The position numbers and the translations under genes are program-made. A stretch of DNA of 64,000 nucleotides from Klebsormidium nitens (lineage: Eukaryota; Plantae; Klebsormidiophyceae), in contig DF236958.1 of NCBI GenBank assembly GCA_000708835.1, forward strand, positions 1 to 64,000, in the 5' to 3' direction. How positions within the stretch are numbered: the first letter of the stretch is position 1; the number at the start of each line of letters is the position of its first letter. Below, one piece after another: positions 19,945-33,700 of this stretch. The notes beneath the pieces are model-generated. The model had not been told where the DNA came from. It worked only from the letters and a program-made list of their open reading frames with translations, and searched no databases.

Positions 19945-22868
19945 GGCCGGTATGACAGCGGAACCCGCAAGCTAAGCAATGTGGCAAAGTTACACTGTTC
20001 TAGATGCTGCACTTACATGCAGCAAATTCTGAGTGCCTTCGTGCTGCATCCAGCACTTTCTTACAAGAACCAACACCTCTGACGCGATGTCGGCGTGGCT
20101 TGGTCTGCCCGAGTGGGCTCTACCTGACCATGGCTCGCCATCTTGCTTAGGGACGGCTTGAGGAAGAGGTATCAGGATGCTCAGCCTCCAGAGCAGTCTG
20201 CGGCAAAGTGAGGAACCTGTGATGGTCAAGGCTAACCCTAACTTACTAAGACTTGGATACCAGCAGGGTTCCGACTCTGGGAACATGGTGGGAGTTAACG
20301 GTTCGCAGAGTAGCGGTAATGGTAAGAGATGGGCCATTTTGAGCAGTTCCGGGTCCCTATGGCGGATAGCTTATACGACAGGCGATCCCCGGGGGGAGCT
20401 AGTTGGGTGGAAATGTAAGGTCGCGCCAACTGGCAGCCGCCGGCTGAGCCTGTCTCTGCGCGGCCCGGGCGGCCGCGCCATCGTCGGAGCGGGCGGGCGG
20501 CCGCCGCGCCCTTGGGGCCTGTATCATGTAACGCGGCCGTGCCACGTAAAGGCGCGCGGCCGCGCGGCCGCGCGCGGCTTTTCGCCATTAGTGTCTTTTT
20601 CGCCATTTAGTGTCCAAGAGCTTATACTTAGTGTATTTGCAAATTTATTTTCGCCACCAACTTGAAGTTTCAAACTTTCCAGGCGGGGTGCCACGTGGCG
20701 ACCTCTGGAAGCTTCCAAAGTTCCGAACTTCTGGCAAAATCTAGCCGAAGGACTAGGCCCGCAAATATAAGTTTCGGCCTAGTTGCTAGCAGCGAGTCGG
20801 CCGGCCAACCCAAGGCGGCCGCCGCCCGCCTCCCGCGCGCAACGGTTGACAGCTCATTAGCTGATGGCCAGGCATGGCCCCTACCTATTTCTAACCGGTT
20901 ATGCAGATTTTTGTCCCGAGCCGCGCCAAGCCTGTACCCGAACGCTGGCAGGTTCAATGGCTGAGCCCCCGTTGGGACGAGCTTGGGACCCGCAATTGCC
21001 GGGTCCCGCCACATGGCGCTCCAAGTGCGCCGGCAGCCCACCACAAAATATGCCTCTTCAAACGATTGATCACTTGCAACACTGTCAGAGACATGAAAGC
21101 ATATCGACATAGCGCTATCGAACAGGATTGGCACGAGCTGTGTATGCAATCCCCAGATTGTCCAATACATTTTGCTTTCGGACATAGAAATCTTTGAGCG
21201 CCTGCCGGTAAGCAAATAAAATGGACTTGCATGGACACCATATAACAAGAGCACCTTCTACGTAAGTCTTTCGATCACGACTCCGACTTGCATCAATCAT
21301 TTTGAAAGACCGGCAGCATCTTCAAGTATGCGTCAATCTAGGATCGTACGCCGGTGATTTTTTTTCATGAAACCAGTGACTGAAGTTTTTGATCGATTTT
21401 GAAATATTGAGCCAATCACCACGGTGACTTGTGACCAATCGATAGACGTCCGATCTCTCTAAAGGACTCGATAAGAGTGACCCGGCAAACCCGGGCGCTG
21501 AAGTACAAGTACCAACTCTTTCAAAAATGAAAATTTCCTTCGGTGCCCGCTTTGTTCTGGATCAACCAGTTTTTGCAAAGTTTTAAGCGTCGTCGCCTGA
21601 CACTTCGAACGCCCAGGGTGAGAGCAAAACTTCGAAACATTGCGCCACATCGCCGCAGCGCTTGCTGTGATTCCAATGATATTGATACACATTGATGCTC
21701 TGAGACTCATATGCGGCCGCATCAAGATCAGATTCATTGTCAACGGTGATGACTATCTAAGCCAGGAAAGAAAAACATTGCAGATTTCAAGGATGTTGTC
21801 TTGTTGGGTCTCGTACATATATACACATTGCTCTCCTCTTAACATTCCTGAAAACGTACCGTGTGATGCTGGTCTACACTGCATCTTCTTTCCGGATGCA
21901 GGCCTATCCCCATCTCCACTTCGAGTGAAAGTGGAAGGCCTTTGCCTCTGTCTCACGCTTTGTTTCCGACGTATGGGTACCTAAGCGGTAGTCCGCTTTT
22001 CACAGTCTCACTCCGGATCAAATGCAACTTGAGGACTCGGGCTGTTGAATCCCTTCGATTGGCCCGGCTACTAAAAAACTCCTGAGATTCAGAAGTCTAT
22101 TCTGCTTGAAGACATTATCTTCTAGCGTAACGATGTGGGCACCAGCTTTGTCGAGTATAATATTGTTTCTGCTAAGGTGGCAGTGTGAGCAGTCTGAATG
22201 GTCGGTCGATCCGTAGAAGGTTCTTCAGCGGTCTCGCTAGGTGCGAATCACAAGGGCTGCGGAATTCCCTCCGCCAGAGTTCGATCTCAACGATCGATAC
22301 GTCCTGGCAACAAATATGTCACCCAGCTTGAAACATCAGAACCTGTTTGACCTTTGACACAAAGCGAGCCTAGATCCGGACTGATCAGGTTGAGGACTCC
22401 GTGTTCTGCGGCGTCCATACTTATCCCAGTCTGTTTGGCTTTCTACTTTAGCTTAAGTCGACACTTTCCCAAGTATCCATTTGACAATAAGGAAGTTAAG
22501 TAGGAGGGTAACGTGGACCTGCTCTCACTGTCTTCGAAGCCATCTGCAAAAAGTGACGAAGTAAATTGAGGTGAGGAAAGACCGTCTGGGGGACCCGGAA
22601 AGGCAACCAGTGAGCCAAAGTGAAGGAGACATTGTTTGAGGAGTCGACTTCAAAGCACAACAAACGTGGAGATCGACCATAATCAACGGTTGGAGGACCA
22701 GATTGTGGCCTGTATCACGCTCCATTACCAGACCTGGGTTGCAAGACCTCGTTTTCGACACTAGCTTACCGTGTTTTCCTTTCCAGGTACACCTCAAAGC
22801 CAGACGGGCCTCAGCATCCGACTTGCTTCTCCAAGGAGCGGTTTCAGCATTCGTCACTTCATTGTCGT

Positions 22869-25835
22869 TCAGCTTACCTGAAGTCCGGCCTCCTCGCTTT
22901 CTGCGCCTGGCGGCAGCAGCACGAACGCGGGTCCCGCAGCAGAAAGCTTTCCGCTGTATGCTAGAACGGAAAGCACGGTCGCTGCTCCGATCACGATTCC
23001 ACCGACCGCTCCGATCAGGAGGGTAAACCACTGCAGGAGAAACCGGGGAAGCGTACGGGAATTAGAAACTCCTGACGTGGCGAAAATCATAGAAAGCGTC
23101 GTCCAAGGAACTGTCTCAATCTGAACGGGACTGAATACAGCATTCGATTAGATTAGAACGTAAGAACTCATATTGCTGCTCTATAAGGGACGACTTCGAT
23201 GCTCAATCTTATTTGGCTTAAATTCAAAAGTAAGATCAAGATGGTAAGGGCTTTTCGCGAAGTACTATTACAGCAATAAGTACGCTGTTGAGCGCAGCTC
23301 GTCTGGTCCTGTCTTCTTTGAGTGTTACTGTCTGCAACGCAGCACTCCATTTCACTTCGCTCGTCGCTGAAATTAATAGAGTCGACAGAACGTAGGCGAA
23401 GCTGGAGAGAGTGGTGACAGGTGAAAACGACAAGGAGCCCACCAAAAACGGCCGCTTACTTGGGCGGTAAAGCTGCCGCTCCCGGCCGCAAGGTTGGCTG
23501 CTGTCGTGGCCGCAGCGGAAGCGGCTGCCGTCAGGCTGGCCACACTGAGGGTCTCTGCAAAAAAGGCGCCATGTGGTGAGTGAACGGAACCTTCAATTCT
23601 GCTTGGAAATAGTTGTCAATCCTTAGACGCGCTCAGGTGCCTGAAAGGCAGCTGTGAGGGATACTTGTTTGCGTCGCTCTGAGAACTCGGCGTTTATCCT
23701 CGAACGATTCCGGCGGAACGTCAGAGGATGCGACCGTGCAGCAGTTTCCTCGCTCGGTGAGACGGCTTCGCATTTGATACGGGCAAGGAAGAGAAATTGA
23801 GTAAGAGATGACGAAGGATCTTTCCGATCGACGAGAGGATCTGTCTGAAAGTAGGTAAAGCTTTTGGAGTAGAGATCTTTTGAAAGATTCGAGGTCCAAA
23901 ATTCGCTTCTGGGCTTCATGGAAACGGTCTGACTGGTCCACATGCGGGCTCGTTCCGGACTGCCTTGGCAATCTCAACGTGCAACTTTCGCATCTACTTC
24001 TCTGAGGAAGGCAGGTCTCAATCATCAGCGAAGCAGATTGCCCTTCAAGCCCTTATACTCACCTGGTTTGACCGTCTCCCAGTAAGGATAAACGATCGCC
24101 TCCGCCTTTCCCACAATCCCCTCGCTCAGCTTCGATCCCTTGAGCGAAATCTCCGTGACCGGAATCTCAACGTAGTAGTAATTATCTTTGGTCAAGGGCG
24201 TACGGAAGGCTGTTCCGGTATTGTACGGAGCTTCCTTGGCGACTTCGCTGACGAAGGAGTCGTTGAAGTAGAACTGACCCACGTGCACCACGTGGCTGTC
24301 TTCGTAGGCCGACAGCTGGTCGGTCCAGACCTTTTGGTAGGGCACATGGATCTGACGAAGGAAGGAAGGTGTCATGAAGGATATCTATCGCAATCTCCAA
24401 CGAATTGACAGTTCGATCAGACAATCGTTTGGTTCTGTTCTTTCCACGTCGAGCGAACCAGGGCTGCACCTGTTCGGTGACGAGGGAAGTTACCTTCCAA
24501 TAACCTCCAACAACAGAGAGGGTTTGAGCGGAGCCCAATTTTGATTTTACTCAAATGAGATCATTCCTTCATCGAAGAACATCCAAGCAGATTGAGCGAA
24601 TAAAAGCTCAGTTTATGATTCTTTCTTTGTTATCAACCTTGGTTCAAACGTTGGGTCCTTCAAACATGCAGGCCTCAACTGGCTTCTTGAATGACAAAAG
24701 AGAACTCTTTTGAGAAGCCTTCTGGTCAAAAGCATGGCAACGAGCGATTCCAAGCAGCTCCTCCTTTTTGAAGCAGCATTGAAGTGGGAGGGAGAATGGA
24801 GCCGCTGATCAGCCCGTGACACACTTCAGTTTTGTGTCCTTTTCTAATCGTAGGGCTCTTCGAATACAAACGTACTGTGAGCACGATTACGGCAAGCACA
24901 TTCATTTTTGGTGCCAAGACGAATCGTCAGTGGTTGAAAGCTGCATGAATGTCCAGAAAGCAGCCTTGTTATATAATCAAAACAAGTCTAGTCCTTCGAC
25001 TTGGAAAAGCTTCTGATAGCCTTTCTTCAGGAACCAGTTACATGCCTTCAGATAATCTCCTTTCAGAAAGTCTGTTTGTTATTGGATGCAACCAAGTCAA
25101 AAGCCTCACTTACACGAAGGCTCGCTCTCAAGAGAGCTTGTACCTGACTTCTATTTGGTCAGCTTCAAGCCACCAGGCCTCCGATTCATTCCCCTTCCAA
25201 ATAACCAGGGACATGATGATATCAAAGTCAAACAAACTTACGATTCCTCCGAGCAACACAAGGAATCAATCAGCTGCAAGTCAGGCAAGAGCTCCCACCT
25301 TGGTGTGAATGTGCGTCACCCGCCCCTCATACCACCCGGGCATGATCGTTTTGAACGTCGCCACTCCGTTTGCATCTGTAACCAGGGTCCCCCTTAGATA
25401 CGTGTCGCTGTCCGTCGGAAGCTCATGGCCCAGGTTGTTCTTGTCCGGCTGTCCGACCTGCTCCATTGACCCCTTGGCATACCCAGAGTAAAGGCCAAGC
25501 GCGTCGCAGTGCCAGATGTCGACAAACACGTTCGCCAGGGGCGAGCAGTCCGTGAAGTCTGTGACTGTGACTGAGAACTCGAAGGGGATCCCCGGCTTGC
25601 CCTCGCTGATGTCAGCGCGAATGAGGCGGTTGTGCAGGTAGTAGGGACCCTCCACCAGCTCAGGCGTCAGCAAGCAGGAGGTGACGTCATCTGCTGATTC
25701 AGCGAGACTGCGAGCCAGGGAGCAGGCGAGTGAAGTCTGGGAGGAGAGAACTAAGCTGAGGAGAAAGATAGATAAGCGTTGAAGAAGCAGGCCCCCTGGT
25801 GGTGACACGTGGCTTAGGCGTTGCCTGGAACCCAT
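22869..25835 (-). CDS. Intradiol ring-cleavage dioxygenase-like protein with signal peptide and C-terminal TM helix (at least 4 exons)
   Basis: Exons 25835-25299, 24351-24063, 23554-23460 and 23030-~22869. Motifs LTPELVEGPYY, VDIWHCDALGLYSG, LRG, PGWYEGRVTHIHTK and GQFYF; hydrophobic N-terminus and C-terminal WFTLLIGAVGGIVIGAATVLSVLAY. The 3' end is uncertain. Confidence 0.85.
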
Positions 25836-27748
25836 TGTGGACGTATTATCTGCTTTTTTCAAGCTGGCCCTTTTACAAAAAATACTCAGCTTCAAAACAC
25901 AGCTTGAATTGAGGAAGAGCAATACTATGTCAAAGAGCATGCTCTGAAATCAGAGTCTCGTTGTGAAAGTCGATTTTGACTGGGTGATCAGACCAGCTTC
26001 AAAGATGTTGATCTCAAGCAAGTCTCAAGCTGTTGTACCAGGGTTTTGGGGTACTGAAGAGAACTCTACTTCTGCTACGGTGACGCTATGCGAATTGCTA
26101 TGCGAGGGCCTAGCAAAGCCTTCTGCCTGCTCAGCTAACAGTGTAAGCTGGATCAAAAGCCAAGCGGATTTGCCAAAGCACACTAGTGCTAGCGTGTCTT
26201 TGTGTCCAGGACTACAGATTGCTGCTTCAGACACGCTGTTCGGGAATCGTCTCTAGGACGTAGCTGCCCTGAGTCGGCCGTTCTGTGGAATGAAGCTGAT
26301 TCTCAGCTTCGCGTGTCAAGCACCGGGTTGGCTAGCTTAGCATCTCAGCATCTTTCATACCTAGGATTCTGCTTGAAAGAAGCTGGTGTCGAAAGGGAAG
26401 GGAGGTCTCAGGTGGGTCAGAGGTATAGAAAAGACGACGGTTTAGCTGATCAGTCATGAAAGAGCAAAGCGATCTTACATGGACAATGCTGACATCTCTC
26501 TAGCCTTGAACAAAGGCAACAGCCGGAACCTGAAACCTACGATAGACGACACTTAAACTTAAAGTGAACACATTGTACAGTTGCGTGTCGACAATTATTA
26601 GTGTCGACATAGTAACCGACGTAAACCGCAGCCGGCTGCTTTTCCGAACTTTTCGACGACGCCAATGATGGGAACGAGTAGCATGATCTGTTCACATTAT
26701 GTTTACTGTTGTGAACATCTGTAACCCACGATCGGGCACATGCAGAATCCAGATCCTTGGATCCGGACAGGCTCGCACGATCGGCTGAGGGGGAAACGAG
26801 GCTCCAGCTAGTGAATCTAGGTAGTAGGACTTGAAGGACTTTCGGACTTGTAGCTGCTCTTTAACTTCTCGAAGTACAAGTATCCGATGTGTCGTAGCAG
26901 AGACATAGCAACATAGGTCCTTACATCTGACTGCTTCGAAGATGCAAGCATAGATATATATTAAGAAGGATTTGTAGGTTGTTGAGGAGCACTGGATGCA
27001 CTTAAAGCATATCAGCATACTAACTAGATTGATATCATAGGGATATCATGAACAGAAGAACGTCGAATCGATATTCATGAACTGGTCATTCGATAATCTG
27101 CATGGTCAGTTCCATTTTCGCATGCAAAGTAGAGGTTGACGTCTTAATGGCACTCAGCGAGGATGTCTATCAATACGACGTTGCATTGACGGGACGTGTC
27201 TAGACGGATATTGCCAGAGTCTTGCCAGAGTAAGCTCTGAAGCTCCGCCTCTGAATAAATACCTCCATATCCTACTACTACCTACTGGCACTACCGTATG
27301 CAGAGCTCTCAGCTCTGTGTGTGCAGCTACAGAATTAGCTGCATAAGCTTCCGATGTTTGCCGCTGGCCGGCCGGCCGGCCCGCCGCGCGCGCGCTTACT
27401 ACGCCGCGTGTGCGGCGCGCGGCCGGGGTTTTGGGGCGGCGGAGCCGCCGCGGCGCGCAGGCCTCAGGCAAAGGCAGAGGCTCAGCCTTAGCAAATTGCA
27501 AGCTCACTGCAGCCTTTGTCAGGGGTCCGGCCCAGCTGATCTTCCATGCAAGACATAGGCAGGCGGCCTGGCAGCCCGTCCTGCTCAGTTTTTGGCCCTC
27601 CAGCGATGCCTTTGCCAACTTGGCTCAGGGGGCCTCAGAATATATGGCGGTATGCGTTGGATCTGGCAGCAGGGCATGTCGCAGGTTGAGCAAAAGTAGC
27701 TCTATGGACAGAGCTAAGTTTTTGGGGGTTTGAGGCGCAGTAGGGAAG

Positions 27749-30700
27749 ATGAGCTGTGCAGCTGTACGTCTGAGAGGGCACCCTATGAGTTTCCAAGGTT
27801 TGCAGCAACAACATGAGGTCCATGCCAGACTTCGTTGTACAGCTGCGCATGCACTGAATCCATCAGGCACGAAGTTGTCTCCTCAGATTAGATCAGGATT
27901 CAAGCTGTACCCCGGGATCAAGGCGCAAATCAACACAGTGTGCATCCCTGAAACTGCTTACTTTTCGACAAGAGGGTCTTCTTCTTCCGATCTTTCCAGC
28001 AATGCTGCGCTCAGGTTACCATTGAACATTCGCTTTGCACGGTTAGGACTGCCAAAGACTGGTGCAGCGACTCTGCCGCCGACGAGGGCTCCTTCGAAGC
28101 GTGCTAATGCTTCCAGAACTGCGGAACCCTCTGATCCAGCGAAGTCCGCTGTCTCAGGTCCCAAGAAAGTGGACCCACTCTTTGAAGCCGAGCTGCAGTT
28201 TCCATCCCCCCACAACAATGCTGAGAACAGAGACACCACGTACAGTGCAGATCTCCCACCCCCCGCATCATCTTCGGATCGCTGGCTTCCAGATTCGAAC
28301 CTCTTCAATTCATCAGCGTCCAAAAACCTGAAGTCCTCGGTAGCTGAAAGTGAGAAACCCTTAGCCTCCCAAAGCCCTAAAGCCTCAGGCAGCCTTCTCG
28401 GCGCTGTGGCTCTGATCACTGGCACGTCAGTAGGAGCGGGGATCTTGGCACTTCCTGGGATAAGTGCCCCCGCCGGGTTCATTCCCGCTACGTCGATCAT
28501 GGTCGGCTGCTGGGGCTTCCTGGTTGGGGAGGCCCTGTTGTTGGCGGAGGTGAATGTGGAGCTGCTGAAAGGGGTCGCCGGCGACAAAAACAGGGCCTCG
28601 GATGTGCTGTCGCTCCGGACGATGGCGCAGAAGACGCTGGGTCCAGCGGGGGGCACTGCGGCCACGCTCGCATATGTGTTCCTGACGTATGCTCTCCTGG
28701 TGAGGCAGACTGATCGTTCCTGCAAAATGTGCCGAGGTGTTGGTGTATTTGAGTCTTTTAGCAAGCGGTGAAGCGACGTCTGTTGCAACAGCATGATAAA
28801 GTCAACTTGTGACGTGTGGTGATGTCTGTGTCAGGCAATGCAGTGTCTCTTTGAGTTTATGAATCTGCTTTCAAAGGGCAGTTCATCGAAGAGATTTTTG
28901 TTTTGTGCAGTGCCCGCACATGGGGGCGTAAAGCTTGTCTGTGCACTTGTGTACTGAGCCACAATATGACACATATCCAGAAGCTATTCAAACCCTCCTA
29001 GATGAGTGTGATACTCGATCAATTGTGAGCGGGTGGTCTCTATACGATGTAGACACTCGGTTTCAAGGTCTCCACTAGAGACTTGCAGCTTTTCCCCTAT
29101 GCTGCTGTTGTTGTTGCTCCCCCTTTACCTTCTCGCAGAGTGTTTATCGTGGTTGCCGACCTTGATTCTCCTGTTGGCCATCGTACATCATCCTTCTGTA
29201 CATGAGTCCGCTTGGAAAACCCGTACGTATCGCTTGCCAATCCTCACAAAGACCGCTCATCGCTTGGCTCCCTCTTGCAGACCGCATACATTGCAAAGTC
29301 GGCCGACGTGCTCTCCCTTCTGATGGGGCTGCCGACCGAGTGGGCCGGCGTTGCATTCGTGGGGTTCTTTGGGGTGGTTCTCTTGGTCGGCGGAACCGTC
29401 TTCACCGACTATGTGAACCAGGCTGCAACAGGGATCATGCTGACTCTGTTTGCAATCATGGTGAGTTGAGCCTGAACCTGCTCCTTTCCTCTTTATGGTT
29501 AGCAACGACTCCGGATATAGAGGTGTGCACAAGTCTTTTAAGTAGTGGGGTGCAGCTCTGCACCTTACAAAGCGTATCGGCTTACAAAACTGTTTCTCCA
29601 GTTTTGCAAGCCTTCTACTGCACTGAGTTCCGATCTGAAGCCTCCGGGTTGGCAGGATCATGTACTCCTATAGTTTAGGTAGGATAGTTTCTAGGAAGGA
29701 TGGTAACACTCCCTGGGGAGAAACGAAACCAAAACCTAAACCGACAATCACACCCGTCCCGCACCCGTACCCACCCTAACCCCCAAACCAACCCCACCCG
29801 TTCACCGGGCAACGACCATATCATACCTAGAACTATTTTACCTAAACTAAAGGTCTATCAGGATCATCCACGTTCTGGTAATATCACAGTGCTTTTAAGC
29901 AAGCTGCCGGGTTCGAATCGGAAGGGAAGTTTACAGGTAAGTCGGATGTGTTGTCGCTTTGCGTGTCAAACTTGACCAAGTCGTCATTCTTTCAGCTTTC
30001 CCATATATTTTGTGACTGGCAGCTCTTTCGAAAAGTGCTTCCATGAATACATGCACCAGAGCTCAGCAAGGGTGTCATCTGCGCAGGTCGGGGGGGGCTC
30101 TCTCTTTGCGGACTGGTCCATTCTCGAGAACGCAGACTGGGCGGCTGCGCCGGCCGCCGTCCCGATCATCTTTCTGTCGCTAGTATATCATGACTTGACA
30201 CCCGGTAAGATTCTGAAACCGGGACTTGAGAAGGACACTAACATTGCTTCGAAGCTAGAAGCGAAGAGCAGCACAACGGAGCAATCAAACAGAAAGGGAC
30301 ACAGAGGAGACGCAAAGGAAGAAAGACCATGCGCAGTAGTAGTCAATGTGAAAGTGTGCACAATGAGTCACAGGGAACGGGGTTGATGCTCTGGTTCTGT
30401 TGAGGAGAATTTGCTTAGCTTGTTCGACTGCCTGTAAAGGACCTTGTTGACTTTTCCAAGTAGCGCTGAAGCTCGAGTCAGTTGCCCAGCTAAAATAGAG
30501 TAGGTTGAGGAAGCGGCACGTGACCTTGTCAAGCTCTTTTTTGAGGGGCCGGTTGCTGGTGAGCGTGCCGAGTTCTCCAAGAAGAGCTGTATGAGCAGCA
30601 TACCCGGCCCTTAAAATCTTTTGTGGGGGTAAAGCTGAACCGTAGTTTGTGCCCCCTTTTGCAGTGCTGTGCAGCTATTTGGGTGGCGACATCAAGCGGA

Positions 30701-33700
30701 TTCGCCAGGCCATTATTGGGGGGAGCCTGGTGCCGCTCCTCATGTTCGTCTCCTGCAACGCGGTGGCGCTCGCGATCTCGCCAGTCACGGGAGGTGGCGA
30801 CCCGCTGAATATCATCATCCGGTGAGAGTTTGGACTTTTTGAGATCTTTCTTGGGAAATTATGTGGGATTTTGGAGCGTCTCTACTCATCTAGATACGTG
30901 AGCTCTTGTTGTCTGTGAGGTCTGGGTGCATTGAAGGGAATAAGAATGACGAGCCGGTCAGTGATTTGACCATTTGTTGGTGGATCTTCGTCCGGAGGGG
31001 AGTCAAAATGTTTTCAAGGAAAAGAGTACCTGGTAAACCTGGTCAAAAGGAGATCGAACGAAGATGAAAGCGCTGCCAAAGCTTCTGACAAGACAAGGCA
31101 ATCGAAGCTCCTTCAAATTAGCGGGTGCTCTGTTTTCAAACTGACAGCTAATCAGGCCGGGCAGCAAAAATCATGGAATTTGCACGCGTGTTTTTGTCGA
31201 GAATCAAAAGGGTGTCGGTGTTCATTTCCGCTTGATGTGTAACTGGAAGTCAAAGACCCATGCCCGACATTCCTTAACTGAAATTGAGTCTCAACTCCGC
31301 TTTTAGTCTCCTCGTGTATCCACTTCAGGCAGGTCCCGACAGTCTGTCTCGTGTGCTTCTCGCGATGAAGGAATGACAGTGTTACTCTCCGGCCCATGCT
31401 GTCATAAGGTTTCAAGGAACCGTGCCCCTTATTTCCGAGGACCAAGTCGATTCTTAAGAATGCTCCTCGTATATCCAGGTTAGGAGGTCCTGGCCCCGCC
31501 GCTCTGATTGAGTGCTTCTCCCTGCTGGCAATCTCCACGTCATTCATCGGAACAATCCTGGGGGCAACCGAGTTCGCGCTTGAGCAGCTCGGGGGGCTGC
31601 AGTTCGCAGGGGACAGACCCCCCCTTGCCGAAAGAAAGGAACCTACAGAAAGTGTAAATACTCGCAAGGCCACAGAGCGCAGGTATCAAGGGGGTTTGGG
31701 AACCGGGTTAAGAGGAAGCTCGTCAAATCAGGTTAAGTCGTCAAAGGGATCCGGAAGGGCAGGGGAGGCGGCGGCACACGAAGAGATCGATCGGTTGCAA
31801 AAACGGGTTAAGGACAAACTCGCGCAATGGGAGTCGCGGTTTGAGCGTGAGGTGGGGAACGGGCGCAAGAGCAACCTGTACAGTGTAAATAAGCTCGATG
31901 AGCGCTCGGTGCCCAGAGCGCGCACCTCCAGAGAAGGTATTCACACCAGGGGTGCTTCGTCTGTGAATAATGTTAGCCTGCCTAGTAGCTCAGCCATTGT
32001 TAATAGTCTACGTTTAGAATCCCCGTCTAGCCAGACAGGTTCAAGTGATTCGGAAAACGGAAACGGAAGGGGATTGGCAAACGGAACCGGACCAGCACCA
32101 GGACCGGACTCAAGCGGGATAAAAACGGACGATTCTGTGGGCGGCCTTTGGGCTATTGAAGCCCCGACAACCGGGAAAGTGAACTGGGCACTTCGTACGG
32201 GTGCTTTCTGCATGGTTCTGATTCCCCCGGTCGGAGTGGCCAGCCAGTATCCGGACGCGTTCTTCCAGGCGAGCAACCTTGCGGTGAGGCCTCCGACTGA
32301 GTCCTCGATAGCTCTCTTATTTTCTTCTTGTTGTTTTCGTCTGTTCTGGACTGTGGATTGGGTGGGGCTCTGGAGAGGCTTATGACTAAGAGAACACTGA
32401 GGACGGACGACGTCGGGGCGATAGTCCGTGGAAATTGATGCACTCCTATTCATTCGCGGATATCATGTTATGAAAGTCGATCACAGAAGGATTGCTTTTC
32501 TTTGACCCAGTGTGGTTATGGGTTGGACTTCTGCTCTTGCTCCGTCTGTGACATTCATAGAGACTGGCTTCATCACTGCGTCTCCCAGCGGCGCAGAATG
32601 AAGTTGGAATGAAGTGAGATTTGAGCCTGCCCTCCAAGGGAGCCTGTACTGGAGAGTTCCGTCCTAAATCCTCTCTTAATTCTTTTCGTTATCTATTACA
32701 GGGAGCCTACGGCATGACGACACTGTACGGCATCTTCCCTGTGGCCATGGCCTGGAGCATGCGGTCCAGTGTCAAGCGAAGGGGCGACGACTCGATGGCC
32801 TTAGGGGAATACTCTCGGCTGGTCCCCGGGGGCCGATTCACACTTGTGTTGCTGGGGCTGGGCGCCGCGGCAATCATGGCGGGGCAGGCCGCGCTGGACA
32901 GCAAATTGGTGAGGTGACGTTTCTTTGTTTGTCATACGTATGAAGTTTCATGTCGTACTGGAGAAGTCGTTCGTGGTTGCTGGTTTGGCTTTCAGTCCGG
33001 TTGTCCGATCTTTGCCTCCCTTATTGACATGACATGTTCCAAAAACGTCAAGGCGATTTTATTCGTGATTCTGTTGGCTGAAACCCTTACCGGATTGACC
33101 GCATTGACCGAGACCGAAAAATTGAACGACTAACCCCCTACTAACCTCAGCACATTCCCTGCTTAAAAACTAAGAATGCTTAAACCCATATTAAACCCTT
33201 CAACGCAAAAATCACAAAATTTCCACGGGGGAGGACATTCTAGTTTTCACCGTTCTGACGTTGAGCCGTGTAGAGAGCAATTCAGTAGTTCTTCTCGACA
33301 ACCTCAGGTCTAGGTCCTCCTTTTCCGCGATCTTTAGAAATTTCAGTCTCTGCCAGTGGAAACTTGAACGTCCACCCATCCAGACTCAAACGGCCGAATC
33401 GAGGACTCTCACAGACGGTCGAGTCAAGTCGGTTTGAATGCTGCGGGTACGAATGGCATGTTCGATGCCTCACGATTCGATGAAGAGCCAATTCGACGAG
33501 CGTCTTTTTGCATCACGAGATAAGCAACCAGATGTCATCAAAGCTGATTTTTGTGAGTCAGTCTGCTCCTTTTCGCAGCTTGAAACAGACTCGCCTCGTC
33601 CCGATCATGAACATCATATGCCAAGGGGTAGGGCACACGCTGAAAAGGCTTGGTGTCCGCTTCTCTGGACCTTATTTTTGCATCTGTTGGTGGGTAATGC

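Noticed and set aside
20670-21254. 194-aa ORF; also 54930-55418 and 34078-34674
   Set aside because: No motifs; they overlap promoter DNA or are antisense to real exons (PTST1, permease tail).
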